Below the pieces are notes generated by a model. The model worked only from the letters and a program-made list of their open reading frames with translations. It was not told where the DNA came from and did no database searches. A DNA stretch of 63,328 nucleotides, filler included, from Perkinsus chesapeaki ATCC PRA-425 (lineage: Eukaryota > Protista > Perkinsozoa), in the NCBI GenBank assembly GCA_013115145.1. It is 4 parts of 4 records of this genome, joined end to end, with 100 filler letters (N's around TTAATTAATTAA, not from the genome) between each part and the next. Parts side by side here need not be neighbours in the genome. Positions count along the whole stretch, not along the records: positions 1 to 17,745 come from JAAPAO010000680.1; 3 more parts are not named here. One strand, given 5' to 3'. A program made the position numbers and the translations under genes. Positions 1 through 11,382 of this stretch are shown piece by piece (position 1 is the first letter of the stretch; every line of letters starts with the position of its first letter).

Positions 1-371
1 ACACTCGTGGAAGCTCTTGTGGACGCTTCGCAGGGAGGTCTCTCCCACCGACAATTGGTCTTCTTTCGTATAGAAAGTTTTGCTCTGAGCGTGATACTGG
101 ACTACCATATTTCGAGATTGGACTTACCGAGTCGTATATGACTCTACAAGTCTTTACTGATGAATACTTTACTCGTTGGGATGATCCCATCTTACCTGCT
201 AAATACTCGATTAGTTATTCTGATATCAGACTCATTGAGCTTGATAATGGTTTTGAAACTCTAACGGATTTTGCTCAAGGCAATTTTAGATTAGTTTATT
301 ATGATACGTGGTTGAAGTTGATTTTTGAAAATGGGGAAAACGCTCCTCATATCAAACTTAACGGCTGTTGA
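1..371 (+). CDS. 3' end of a paralog of the secreted protein at 5224-6600 (5' part lies outside the window)
   Basis: 1-371 aligns at constant offset 6229 with 6230-6600 and differs only by a few substitutions (C-termini HIKLNGC vs HIKLNSC). Confidence 0.85.
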   Translation, partial: TRGSSCGRFAGRSLPPTIGLLSYRKFCSERDTGLPYFEIGLTESYMTLQVFTDEYFTRWDDPILPAKYSISYSDIRLIELDNGFETLTDFAQGNFRLVYYDTWLKLIFENGENAPHIKLNGC

Positions 372-846
372 TGAAATAAACTTGCTTATACGGTAGTCTA
401 TTTTGTATTTCTATGAACTTTATTTTCGCTGGCTCAATCGCTAGACATTGCCTACTAGGTAGGCCTATATGTTATTCCCATCTTACTGCTGTTGAGTTCA
501 GATCGAGTGTAGAATCTTAACTGTAGATACATTTTCGCGGGGTCTTGACCCAGGGAAAGCCCAAGGCTTGTGTTTCGGCACGCAACTGAGTATTCGATTA
601 GTATGGCGTGCGCGACTAGTCGGCGCAAAATGTTTTGCGATCGTCTCGAATTTAAGTTCTGCTGGGTAGTCTACGTTGTTTTACTCTTACGCTCATTGCT
701 GTCTTCTGTATCTCGGTGGGCTAATTTCACATTCAAGTCGTAAAATTATTGTATCTAGAGAAGCTTAACTTTTTATAAATAAACTTTATTTAATGATACA
801 TTATAATTTTTAATCTATAATACTTTTATACCACCGCTATATTATG

Positions 847-1211
847 CAGGGTGACCCCCAGAAAATGTGTTTTTTTGAAAAACTTCATCAGGAGGCCGAA
901 TACTTCGACGACACGTGCGGCTTTCGAAAGCTCTCGAGGGTGACTTCCTATTAGAAAGTTTCTAACGGTGTAACTTACACCGTGTAAGACCCATGATAAT
1001 ACTCGATGGGGTCGGTGGGAACTCAAATTTTAAAATTCCAAAAATGGGTTTCAATGGAAGAGGTCAGATAATCTGACTCAGATTTGGCCTTGTAAACTTG
1101 TTTCTTAGCCTGGGAGGAAGAAAGCTGTTAGAAAGTCACCCTCGGGGGCTTTCGAAAGTCGCACATGTCGAAATATTCGTGTAAAAAAGCATCTTGGAGG
1201 GGAACACCTTG
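847..1211. mobile_element. Tc1/mariner-type MITE with long imperfect terminal inverted repeats
   Basis: Starts CAGGGTG (847), ends CACCTTG (1211) followed by TA; left flank is TG. Inner arms ~897-950 and ~1128-1178 are reverse complements (cgacacgtgcggctttcgaaagctctcgagggtgactt vs 4 mismatches in 38 bp). Confidence 0.6.
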
Positions 1212-1402
1212 TATATTATATTTGTAATATACGGTATATAATACTGTATTTCCGCGGCAAGAGTTTGAGGACCAAACTCTTGCCACAGAAGTGCAGTATT
1301 ATAAGCCCAAACATTGGGCTCCAGCAGGCCCTTTCAAGAGAGAGTCTCTTTGAAAGACCATCCTCGAACCAGTTATTATTGGAAAGAGTTTTCCCATCTA
1401 GC

Positions 1403-2683
1403 ATGGCTCCGAATCACGACCCTTATTCGCAATTGCCGATTGACCTGCAAGAAATGTAAGTGGTGTCTGTTCTTTGAAGAATCGTTCCTAGGTTGTATTT
1501 CAGGTTAGCTTTTCTAGCAGAGATGGCGTGGCCCTCTGACGAGGAACCCGTAGCCTTGCCCACAGTCGCACCAGCGACTCCCGGCTCGACGACATTCACA
1601 TTGGCAACTACTGCGGTAAGATGCTCTAAGAAACGCTTCGATCAGCATGCTTCCTTTCAGGTTCCAACGTCAACGCTTCCGGACCCGACAACGAAGGCTA
1701 CCAGCAGCACCGGCGGATGGTAAGTTCATTGAGGGGCTGTAGGGAAATACTCTAAGAGCGTTTCAGGGTATCGACTGTGAATAGTGAATTGCCATTGGTG
1801 GGCTATGTTGACACAACGAAGGCGGACATTAGGACCGCTTCAATGATGACCACTACTGCAGTGAGTGTTCTTTGGAAAAACAACTGATTAGGTCAGTCAG
1901 ATTGTTGTTCTCGTTTCAGGGTCCTACCTTGGATAATTCGGATTTGTGGTCGGAACTTCAGGAAATGTAAGTTTTGCTCCGAACAACCGAGCTGCGACAC
2001 ATCGCTCTCAGCGATTCGCCGAGTTGTCATAGCCCGCCTGTTTACTAAGAGTTGTTGGAAGAGTAGCATTCAATATACTTTATTTCAGGCTGGATAGCCA
2101 AGACGAACTGTGGGGTTTCGACGTGGAACCTTCGACCTTGCCGCCAACCCACACGCCAACACTACCGGCAACCCTATCGCCAACTCCAACGGTTATCGGC
2201 TATCAAGGATGGGCGACTACATTCAGCCCCGAAGAAGTGGAGATGATCCAAGCCATCGACCAGGTTAACGAAAAATGGAGTGCTGGATGGTAAGCAATGC
2301 TCAGTAAGGATTCTAGAAAGCTTAGTTTTCGGTCAATTCTCGTGAGATGGAAAATTTCCATTGGAAAAAAAATCGCTCTCCTGATGGAAATTTCCTCTTG
2401 CCAAGCAATCTGAACTATACACCTTCCAAGAAATACCCATAGCTCATCGAACTCTCATGATGTTTTTCTCGAAATTTATGTTCTGTTTAGGATAGTTGGC
2501 ACCATTGTTGGCTTATCGGTAATCCTGAGCGTCACAGTGTACTGCCTTTGCTGTTACCGGAGAATCCGCCAAATGATAACTACCAAGATCGCGAGATCAG
2601 AGCCCGCAGAAGAGAAGGAAAGTAAATCCGAGACGGAGCGTCCCGAAGGGGAGCCGGAAGTCTCCCACGTCGAGGAGCCATGA
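1403..2683 (+). CDS. Multi-exon Thr/Pro-rich (mucin-like) single-pass membrane protein
   Basis: Exons bounded by GTAAG/GTGAG donors and CAG/TAG acceptors encode T/P-rich segments. The last exon gives WIVGTIVGLSVILSVTVYCLCCYRR (TM plus basic stop-transfer) and an acidic tail ending at TGA 2681-2683. Start codon is tentative. Confidence 0.6.
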
Positions 2684-3784
2684 TGCGTTCAGCCTATAAG
2701 GTTATTTTGCTCCACCAGATAGACGATACTACATGGCCGTCGATGCCGTGTACGGGGCGGTTAGGATCTCAATGAGATGATACCACGGTGTATTTACTCG
2801 TTATATGGTTGGAGTTTGAGTCGAAACAATTCCCTATAATATGGTCCCTGGAATCCACTTGCTCTCAGAGCATTGCTCTGGCTTGAACTTGGCTGACTGG
2901 AACCGTGAGACCTTGGGCATGTCCTTTGAGGGTGACTTGAATCATTGATGTATTGAGGACTACCTCTCGAACAGGTTCTATCGAATATGATGCGAATCGC
3001 ATCATGCGATGTGCTTCCCGCATATAGTGTGAGCTCAACTCAGTCATTGCAATTCACTGAATTGAATTCAGATTGTGCGTTGGAAACTTATATTATGAAA
3101 GGAACGAGCAATACTTATCGACTAAAGCAACGAAACCAAGCTCGCGTAAGTTGATTCCTCAGGTAGTTCTTAAATACCTTCCTGTGATTTCTACTCAGTG
3201 AACCGATAAATGCAGTGTTGCTACGGCGACTGGCTGACTGGTAATGAGACTCATTTTTGTCAACTGCGATGTACTGTACTTGCACTGTACTGTAATCTCA
3301 TGTGCTGTAATGTACTCAACTGCAACACTCAGTGCACTGAGTACACTGTACTCTAACGCTTCCACTCTTTGCCAAGGTTTCTGCAATAATATTGCAGCAA
3401 TATGCAGCCTGTCTATACGATCTGGCGCTTGGATCGGTGACACCGACTCGGTGTGCGCCGCACACTGAGCGTCAAAATGGTCGGCAGCACTAGATGTTAG
3501 CGAGCATTGTTCACGCAAAATTGGAAATGTTTACAAATCTTATGGTTAGAGAAATACATGAATATTTTGCAGTCGGAAAGCTCGGATGCCCGAACGGTTC
3601 CAACCCTCCTCTCACCCTCTATCAAGCGACTTGCTTCACGACCAGTGTGACCACAGACGTTCTCAAGAGCTCCGGCGGTTAGAAGAGGATATTCGCATGC
3701 TAAGCGGTAACATCAAATATACTGCCCCGAGACTTATTCAATTAACTGCCTCGGGCGTCTCGGTCGGAAATCCGTAAATGCTCG

Positions 3785-4213
3785 CCAGTCATTGACTGGA
3801 GACCTTTTTCTGGAAAAGTTTTTCCAGTTTCCCGCCATTATGTACCCCGCAACACATGCATTCAAGTAGTATGACTATGAGTATAATACAATAGTAGTCT
3901 ACTATAGTAATTTGGTCGTCATGTTGGCAGGTTAGATATTCACAGTATCTCTGCGAGAAAAAGTGTATCAATCTAGTGTGATACGAGAAATGATCAGATT
4001 CCACAGTTAAAGTCGCAGTTGCCTGGTGTTCTTCGTGGTGTCTTATTTGTGCAGCACGAATCGTGCTGTCATCAACGATATCTTATCGTGGTTCTAGAAC
4101 TTCTATCGGCTTTGCAGTAGTACTGCAAAGTACTAGGGGGGGCAGATAAAGACTTTATCTGTTCATACATAGTTCGTACTGCAGCAGTACGAACTCAGCT
4201 GTTGCAGCAACAG
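3785..4213. repeat. Cluster of perfect palindromes with a 1-nt centre
   Basis: Arms of 7 bp (3785-3799), 7 (3891-3905), 8 (4052-4068), 10 (4110-4130), 9 (4143-4161), 12 (4171-4195) and 7 (4199-4213), each checked by reverse complement. Confidence 0.9.
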
Positions 4214-5223
4214 TGTTGCAAACGGGCTCCGAGCCATAGCCTTTGACGCCAGACGCAGAATGTGTCACACAATGAACTTGAAGATGGTTTCAACTGATCC
4301 CTCGCATTAAGACGACCACTTACTGACAACAGGTTTTCGTACACCCCAGGCCTCGAAACTCGGTTGATAAAAAGGATAATGGACAAGAAAGTCGCTTGTG
4401 CAGTTCCCGTGGATTAACCCACGATACAGAGCGTTAGTAGCGGTCAACCCTTGTAGACTGCGGGAGTTGCCCGCTGCAGTCTACAGTGTCATGGTGCACA
4501 TCAAAGTACGCAAGCGAATGAGCTAATTAAGTGAACTAGCGTACAAGTCACATGTAACGGATACTTCAGTGTAACTGATAAATGATACTGTGACTGATAC
4601 TTGACCCCTAGTAAAACTAGGCTAGGACCAAGTCCGAGCCGCGCTCTACCTAGCCGGATATACGGACCATATAATATGGATAGGGAAGTTTTCACACGCT
4701 TGAGAGGATTTAGCCAACACAAACCCTGAGCGCTTGAGAGGGAAAATATAATGATTTCGCATTGCGGTCTTGCGCGCGCCAGGAACTTGATAGTGGCTGT
4801 ACAGTGAAACGCCTGATCGATATAGCGAAGCATGCTGTTTTCGTAAAACAATCGTTCGCTATGCAGTATTCAACTCTCAGTGAGTCATAGAATACGTACG
4901 AGTTTGTTACGCGGCTACTTTTCTCGTCATGCACTTGCACGTATCAGCACTGGTAAGTGCTGCAATGGTGCAGAATTGAAAGGATTGTTAGCCGAGACTT
5001 CAAGTCTCAGACTTGTGCTAGACTCTGAAAATTCAGTGCCTCAATTCCTCGAAAAATACTCTGACAGCCACGCAGAACCTGCGTCGCAGATGCTTCGCTT
5101 ATAATACCTATTTTGGGACTATTGAATTCCGCTCAGCTACAGTCGCTCAGCGCAAAGGTCCATCATCGGGCCCTCGATCGATGATGAACCGATATTTCAA
5201 TCAGTTATTTACCCTAATAAGTA

Positions 5224-6600
5224 ATGTCAATACTGCTATTCCTAATACCGCTCCCCATAGTTGGCTCGACCACAGTGGACCGCTGCGCTACAACATGCTC
5301 TATCACACCTAATTGTGTATCTTCGCATTGTATGGATTTTAAACTCCCAGCTGTATGCCATGGTATTGTTGTCCGACCTGATGGTTCCCTTTGTTCGGCT
5401 GATGATGGTCCTGCTAGCTGTAGTGGTCAACCTGCACCATGTGATAAGCTTTTCCCTTCCGAGCCTTATACTACAACACCAACGGTAACAACTAATTCTG
5501 TAACAACTGAAGTTAGTACGTATAGTACAACGACCTCTACAACTTATTCTTCTGATATTTTCGATTATCTCATCGGCACTTGGTGTAACACTCGTAGTTA
5601 TTCGGAAGGAATTATGTCTGTCGTGACATTCCTCGATGAGGATGATGTTTTGATACTTTATGAAGGTGTAACCTACGCTATGAAGTACACCATTATACCA
5701 TTGAACAAGGTTATTATCTCAACTGCAACACCTCCACTCGATCTGAGTATTGAGAAGTACCTGACGACAGCCACTTTCTTTGTTTTCTTTGATGCATCGT
5801 CATCGGCTCTAATAAGCCATCTGAAAGGCGAGGCTAATGGCAACTTCTTCAAGTCTGATGCAAGTAGGACATGTGGGCCGCTAACCACCCCCGATTACAT
5901 CACAACTTCACTGGTTACTACTCCGGCGACTCCTACTGGGCCCACGTTCGAGCCCACTGGATTATCCGGTGTATGGTGCGGCCGAGCTGGCGATAAGTTC
6001 GAGGCTATTCGGTTCACTGGTAACACATTTGCTGTAACGTACTTTTTCGAGAACTACTACATGCAATACTACTGGGCGGGTAATCAGATGTACGTCTATG
6101 ATGCTGACCCAGCTGATGAGGAGTATTTATCTGGACTTGAAGGATACGAGGTGGATTTCAGCCTTATTAGAATGGAATATTATGTAGATAAGATATATCT
6201 CTATTATGACGGCAAGTTTGCTGGTATTTACACTCGTGGAAGCTCTTGTGGACGCTTCGCAGGGAGGTCTCTCCCACCGACAATTGGTCTTCTTTCGTAT
6301 AGAAAGTTTTGTTCTGAGCGTGATACCGGACTACCATATTTCGAGGTTAGATTTACCCAGTCGTATATGACTCTACAAGTCTTTACTGATGAATACTTTA
6401 CTCGTTGGGATGATCCCATCTTACCTGCTAAATACTCGATTAGTTATTCTGATATCAGACTCATTGAACTTGATAATGGTTTTGAAACTCTAACGGATTT
6501 TGCTCAAGGCAATTTTAGATTAGTTTATTATGATACGTGGTTGAAGTTGATTTTTGAAAATGGGGAAAACGCTCCTCATATCAAACTCAATAGCTGTTGA
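5224..6600 (+). CDS. Intronless secreted/surface protein, 458 aa: Cys-rich N-domain plus three beta-rich modules separated by Thr-rich linkers
   Basis: Hydrophobic N-terminus MSILLFLIPLPIVGS, an 8-Cys segment, Thr-rich linkers, and a duplicated copy at the window start. Confidence 0.85.
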   Translation: MSILLFLIPLPIVGSTTVDRCATTCSITPNCVSSHCMDFKLPAVCHGIVVRPDGSLCSADDGPASCSGQPAPCDKLFPSEPYTTTPTVTTNSVTTEVSTYSTTTSTTYSSDIFDYLIGTWCNTRSYSEGIMSVVTFLDEDDVLILYEGVTYAMKYTIIPLNKVIISTATPPLDLSIEKYLTTATFFVFFDASSSALISHLKGEANGNFFKSDASRTCGPLTTPDYITTSLVTTPATPTGPTFEPTGLSGVWCGRAGDKFEAIRFTGNTFAVTYFFENYYMQYYWAGNQMYVYDADPADEEYLSGLEGYEVDFSLIRMEYYVDKIYLYYDGKFAGIYTRGSSCGRFAGRSLPPTIGLLSYRKFCSERDTGLPYFEVRFTQSYMTLQVFTDEYFTRWDDPILPAKYSISYSDIRLIELDNGFETLTDFAQGNFRLVYYDTWLKLIFENGENAPHIKLNSC

Positions 6601-7007
6601 TTCTATTGAATACTACAGTTTATTTTCACTGGCTCATTTGCTAGGAGACATATATGCCGACTCTTTCTTTTCAAGAGAATATTGTTGTGTTTGTAAAGTA
6701 CGTAAAGTTAACACCCCAACCAGTTTGTCGGGTAGCTGCAGTAACACACTTCAAGTATCGGTACGTGAGAGGTGACATCAGTTAAGGTCCACAATTGCAA
6801 GGTCGGTTGGTCACATCGCTCTTCTATGCAAGTCTTGCATCATGCCACTGGTATCATGCCAGGCGTGTTGTTTTCAAGACAGCAGCTATGGCGCAGTAGG
6901 CAAATACTGGCAGACAATGATATTGATAATTTCGCCCGCGCGCATGTGAGCGGGACAGTTTAACTTTTCTTCGATAAGAAGCGCGATTGAAAATTATGAT
7001 TTTCCAA

Positions 7008-7080
7008 TAGCACACACGAGATTTGAACCCGGGTTGCATGATGTGTAGTCATGTATACTAACTCGTTGAGCTAAACCGCT
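7008..7080 (-). pseudogene. Degenerate tRNA-like sequence (apparent anticodon ACA)
   Basis: 73-nt cloverleaf layout: TAGCTCAA A-box, perfect CATGA/TCATG anticodon stem, GGTTCAAATC B-box. Acceptor pairs 5/7 and the D stem is broken. Confidence 0.5.
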
Positions 7081-8079
7081 CCAAAAAACTAGCATTGGGA
7101 ACCCCGGTCAGCCTCGAGCGTGATTGGCGTTCGCCCGAATAGCTATGAGGAGCATCGATTTTCACCTGTGGAACACATCGTTTTGTGATGTGTTAATGAA
7201 AGCTGTGATGATGATGAAACCAAACATCAGCTACTAGAGCTGAATCTTCATGTTGATTCTACAACATTTTTCTGAAAACAGCAAATATCTTACGTTGAAC
7301 CGTGCAAGATACAAGACAGATTCGTCTTTGAGCGATCTTTATGGAATTGAACTATGTATGCTGTTGATGATGATGAACTTTATAATCAGCTACTAGAGCT
7401 GAAGTCTCATGTTGATAGTACATTCCTCTGATAACAGCGCCATTTCACGCACTACTCGACAGGACAAGGCAAGCTCCATAGCAATTTTTTTCGTTGATCG
7501 ACGGTCCATGATCGTTTCACCAAGTGGTGTTGACTTGCCAGTACCGGTACATTGAAGCGACCAAACCACGGTTCTGTATTACGGTTATTATATCCCCCTT
7601 CAACTGTAAAAGGAAAGCGCTGCTAAAGTCCGATTTATCGGCGTAACTCTTTAATGGACGCCAAAATCACACTGCTCACTTCGCTGACATACCATTACGG
7701 TTTTGTTATAGTGAATCTAGATGCAGTACTTTGCTATAGTTTCAATGGTCACACAGCCGTACTTGCTAGTACAGCAACAGCGATGGCATCATCAGAGACA
7801 TGAACCAAGGTTTATTAAGCGTGCTAAAGATAAAATGGTATTTTCTCGTGGGGCTAGGCAACTGCTGGCGCTTTCGTTGATAGTTGAGTGTCAATATGAG
7901 GGAATAGCCAAGGATTGTTATCTCTCAAGCTTGTGAAAGTTCATGCAGGGAAAAGTGTTCATGGCACGGGGATTTAGGGAAGTTTCGATGAGAAATGTTC
8001 CCCTTTGAGTGAAGACAGAAAATGGGATAATCGCCGATTAGTAGCGATAAGGCGAGATGATCTTAGTTATTGTTTGAAT

Positions 8080-11000
8080 ATGAAAGACTCTGATAAAGAC
8101 GACGAGAAAAGGAGGATACGATTCGGCGGGTAATGCTGGTTGACATCTAGTGCCAATTAACTATATTTCAATTCGCTTCGCTGTATTAGGGAGTACGTTA
8201 CATGGTTCTGCTTTGTATTAGGTAGTATCAAGTCACTGGAATCATTTTGGTCTCGTTGAATAGTATTTCATATTGATGTTAGATTCGGTCTTAGACTAGT
8301 CGTTTAGGTAGTATTAGTCTGGATAGATTACTTCGTATACTGTATGTCAAGTTGGTGCAATTCTTTTACGGGGGTATCTTATAGGGCGGCTTGCTTACGC
8401 TTGCATTTGGCGAGTGTATCTTGATAGTGATATGTCTATGTAGTACTAACAGAGTCCTATATAGTATATTACATTATTATATTTACTATGCCTTATATGG
8501 TATATTATATTATTATATTTACTATGCCTTATATAGTATATTATATTATTATATTTACTATGCCTTATATAGTATATTATATTATTATATCTAATTTCGA
8601 ATACGTAACTTCGCTCCCAAAATCAAGCATATCTTGCTATTATTCAGGGATGATAGTCCCCAGCAAGATCACATCCGTCTTGGTCAGCCTTCTAGACCAG
8701 CATTAGTAACAAGTCCCGATCACGCTAGAAATGTAGGAAGGAAGATAAGGTTCGATGAAGCAGCTATTGCGGAACATGACCTGGAGAGGTACTGATAAAT
8801 GCTATTAAATTGACAATTTTACTCCTCAAAAACGTACGGTTTCTAGTGTAGTCTCGCTGGTGCTGAAATGTTTCAAATAGCTCTCTGGTCGTTTCGCGCT
8901 GGGGACTGTTTCTACGTTTAACCGTATATTGTACGATGAGCTCTACAGAAATGTTTGACGTGAACTATACGAGACAAGGATCTATCCAGCCTAACAGAAA
9001 TGTGCACCTCGAGTTTCTGCTCCTATCGCGGATATAATGGAAGTTGTGATAGGACTATCAAAATGTATTCCTTTTTGGATCATTTGGTGTTTTTCTGCGA
9101 CTCCCTAATCCGAAGCGCTTACCGATTGCCTTCATTCTGGCTTTCCGCTGAAAGGGTATTTTCTCAGTGAACGCAATCTGATAGATAAGCTCATATTGAT
9201 ATTAGGGAGACGTAGAAGAGTGTACAATATTATCAGAAGGGTTTTCATTTCATTGGGGAATTTCTTTCCATTGTACTTTCTGTTATATCACTTCATGATT
9301 TTTGAGGAACGTATTTCGTGATTGCACTCTATGCACAATGTGGGAATCGAACCGGGGACCTTTCGATTGCCTCAGGGGCACTCGCATGACTATTGATGAA
9401 CCCGACACACCATTTGTCCGAACGCCTATGAGTAGCGGAGAATCGAGCGAAGACTCTTCATCGACTTACGGTGGTCGAGGGGAGCATGTTCGCCTTGGTG
9501 AAGTGTCGAGGGAAGCTAGACTGCAGAATTTAACAAATGGGGTAATATGGGAGAGGGAGAGTTAAGTGCTGGACACTGGTGTACGGAGGATTTCGATATT
9601 ATTGGATTTTCTTGGGCAGCACTTCTCCTCTCACCTGGCAGCAGACAGAAGTCAGTATAGGAGTATAGCTGGAGGCTCAGCCTCTTACGAGTGACTATCT
9701 ATATTATCGAACTTAATTATTGTCTTCTGAGTAGCGAGTAGCGTTCATATATATACGGAGGTTAGGTATTATAAGTAATAATAAATCTATTAGACCTGAA
9801 TATATAATTTATTATATATGAAGATAAATCTATTATAATATAATGACCAGTGATAATATAATATGAATATTAACAAAGGTTATATCGTTGTTTGTCACGA
9901 TGAAGTGATGAGGTACAATGCGGCCAACAAATGTTGTTCATGTCACACTAATGAAGTAATTCAAGAAATGGAACCAAGGGTTAGACTCTGCCAGTGTTAG
10001 AGGAGTGTAGGTCTTATTGCTTGCTAATTGATAATGCTGTAGTATTATTATTATTCTAGTAGTAATACTTATCAGAACAGTGAATAGAAACGTGCTTAAC
10101 AATTAGAATTAATAATGTAAGTTCATTTTAAATATTAAATTATATAAATAATTACTGTCTATCTCAAGATGTTGTGCGTGTACTAGTTGAGAATAACGAG
10201 CGACTTGTATACTGGGACTGTACGAGTGGTTGTATTTTGTAACTCAGTGAAGACAGAACGGCCCGGTCTGTTTGGAGATGGTGGATAGTTTAATTACACA
10301 ATTGTAGAGTTATCTGAGAAACGTATATTCAGGTTGTTGATCACACTGCTGCTGCTGCCGAGGAGCAGGAGGGCGCCTCTTCCTCGTTGGGCTTCCGTAA
10401 TGGTTTGAGAATAGACTTCTCATCGACTGAGGCTGAGGAAGCCGAGGAGCTGGAGAGGGAAAGGAAGGCGAGGGAATTCCACGAGAAAAGAAGAAAACAT
10501 TATAATGAAATGCAGGTAGTACGGGGATGGACAAATCGATCACCTGATCGATATCTAGAGTAATCGTATCTGTGAAGCTTTATGAAGCTAGTGTGTCTTT
10601 GAAACTAGCAATAATACTGCATGAGTTCAGACCTATCGGTTTCCTTCCTAGTAGATCCGTGAGCCGGGCGTCGGTATATATTCGATGAACTCATCCAGTT
10701 TTCTGTTCACTCCTCAGCTGCATATATTTGCGGGTATGTTTTGGAGGGGCTGAAGTGAGGAAAAGTCTCAATTAATCACACTGTCTGATCGGAAGAACTT
10801 TAGGGATTTTGAAAATGTGCAAGGACGTCTCGCACTGAATAGTTTCGACCTCTCTAGATCGCTCGCACTATATGTCACATTGTTTCAGCTCTCACTTCAG
10901 CTCCACCAGATCATACCCGTAGATCGTTACTCTGTTGGCAATTTTCGTTTCCTTGCATTTATTTGAAGGTCGGTTTGTTGTTCATGAACAGAAAGATACT

Positions 11001-11382
11001 GGCCAATAGAGCTGTCTTTTTGACGATTTTAGTCCGGTCTTACACTTATCCTTCGATGAGGCTTTTTTGACAATCCGCTCACTGATTTCAATGTGAAGAA
11101 TGCCATTAGATTCTGCTGCTCTCCAAAAATGCACACCGATCAGCGTCTACGATATTATTCTTATTTTCCCATTAGTTTCTTGCTTCAATTTTGCGCGTTG
11201 GGCGCTTACGAACTTCACTGAGTATGATTTAATTGTTCCCCGATGTTGTTTAGATGGTTCGTGCATTGAGGGCGCAAGGACGGCTAGATACATCCGAGGA
11301 AGAGGATGACGCGGAAAGACAGCAGCAGCAAGCAGTTGGCGAGCCACCTGAGAACTGTCGGCATGTTAGCAATCCTTACTGA
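8080..11382 (+). CDS. PPP1R2: Protein phosphatase 1 inhibitor-2 (I-2/PPP1R2 family), at least 5 exons
   Basis: Phase-consistent exons 8080-8129, 8648-8788, 9376-9541, 10333-10515 and 11254-11382 give RKIRFDEAAIAEHDLERGTRMTIDEPDTPF and EFHEKRRKHYNEMQ, the I-2 RVxF-like, IDEPxTP and HYNE motifs. Confidence 0.85.
8458..8590. repeat. AT-rich 36-bp minisatellite, ~3.7 copies, in I-2 intron 1
   Basis: Unit tatatagtatattatattattatatttactatgcct starts at 8458, 8494, 8530 and 8566. Confidence 0.95.

Noticed and set aside
3195-3518. Minus-strand ORF with faint RNase H-like helix
   Set aside because: Catalytic Asp residues are not identifiable and the DNA is low-complexity (actg-rich).
9340-9416. Minus-strand tRNA-like B-box (GGTTCGATTCC)
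   Set aside because: No coherent cloverleaf; it overlaps the inhibitor-2 intron/exon-3 junction.
10385-10420. Antisense peptide DEKSILKP, a PP1-binding SILK motif
   Set aside because: It lies on the strand opposite inhibitor-2 exon 4, which has the convincing HYNE frame; coincidence.
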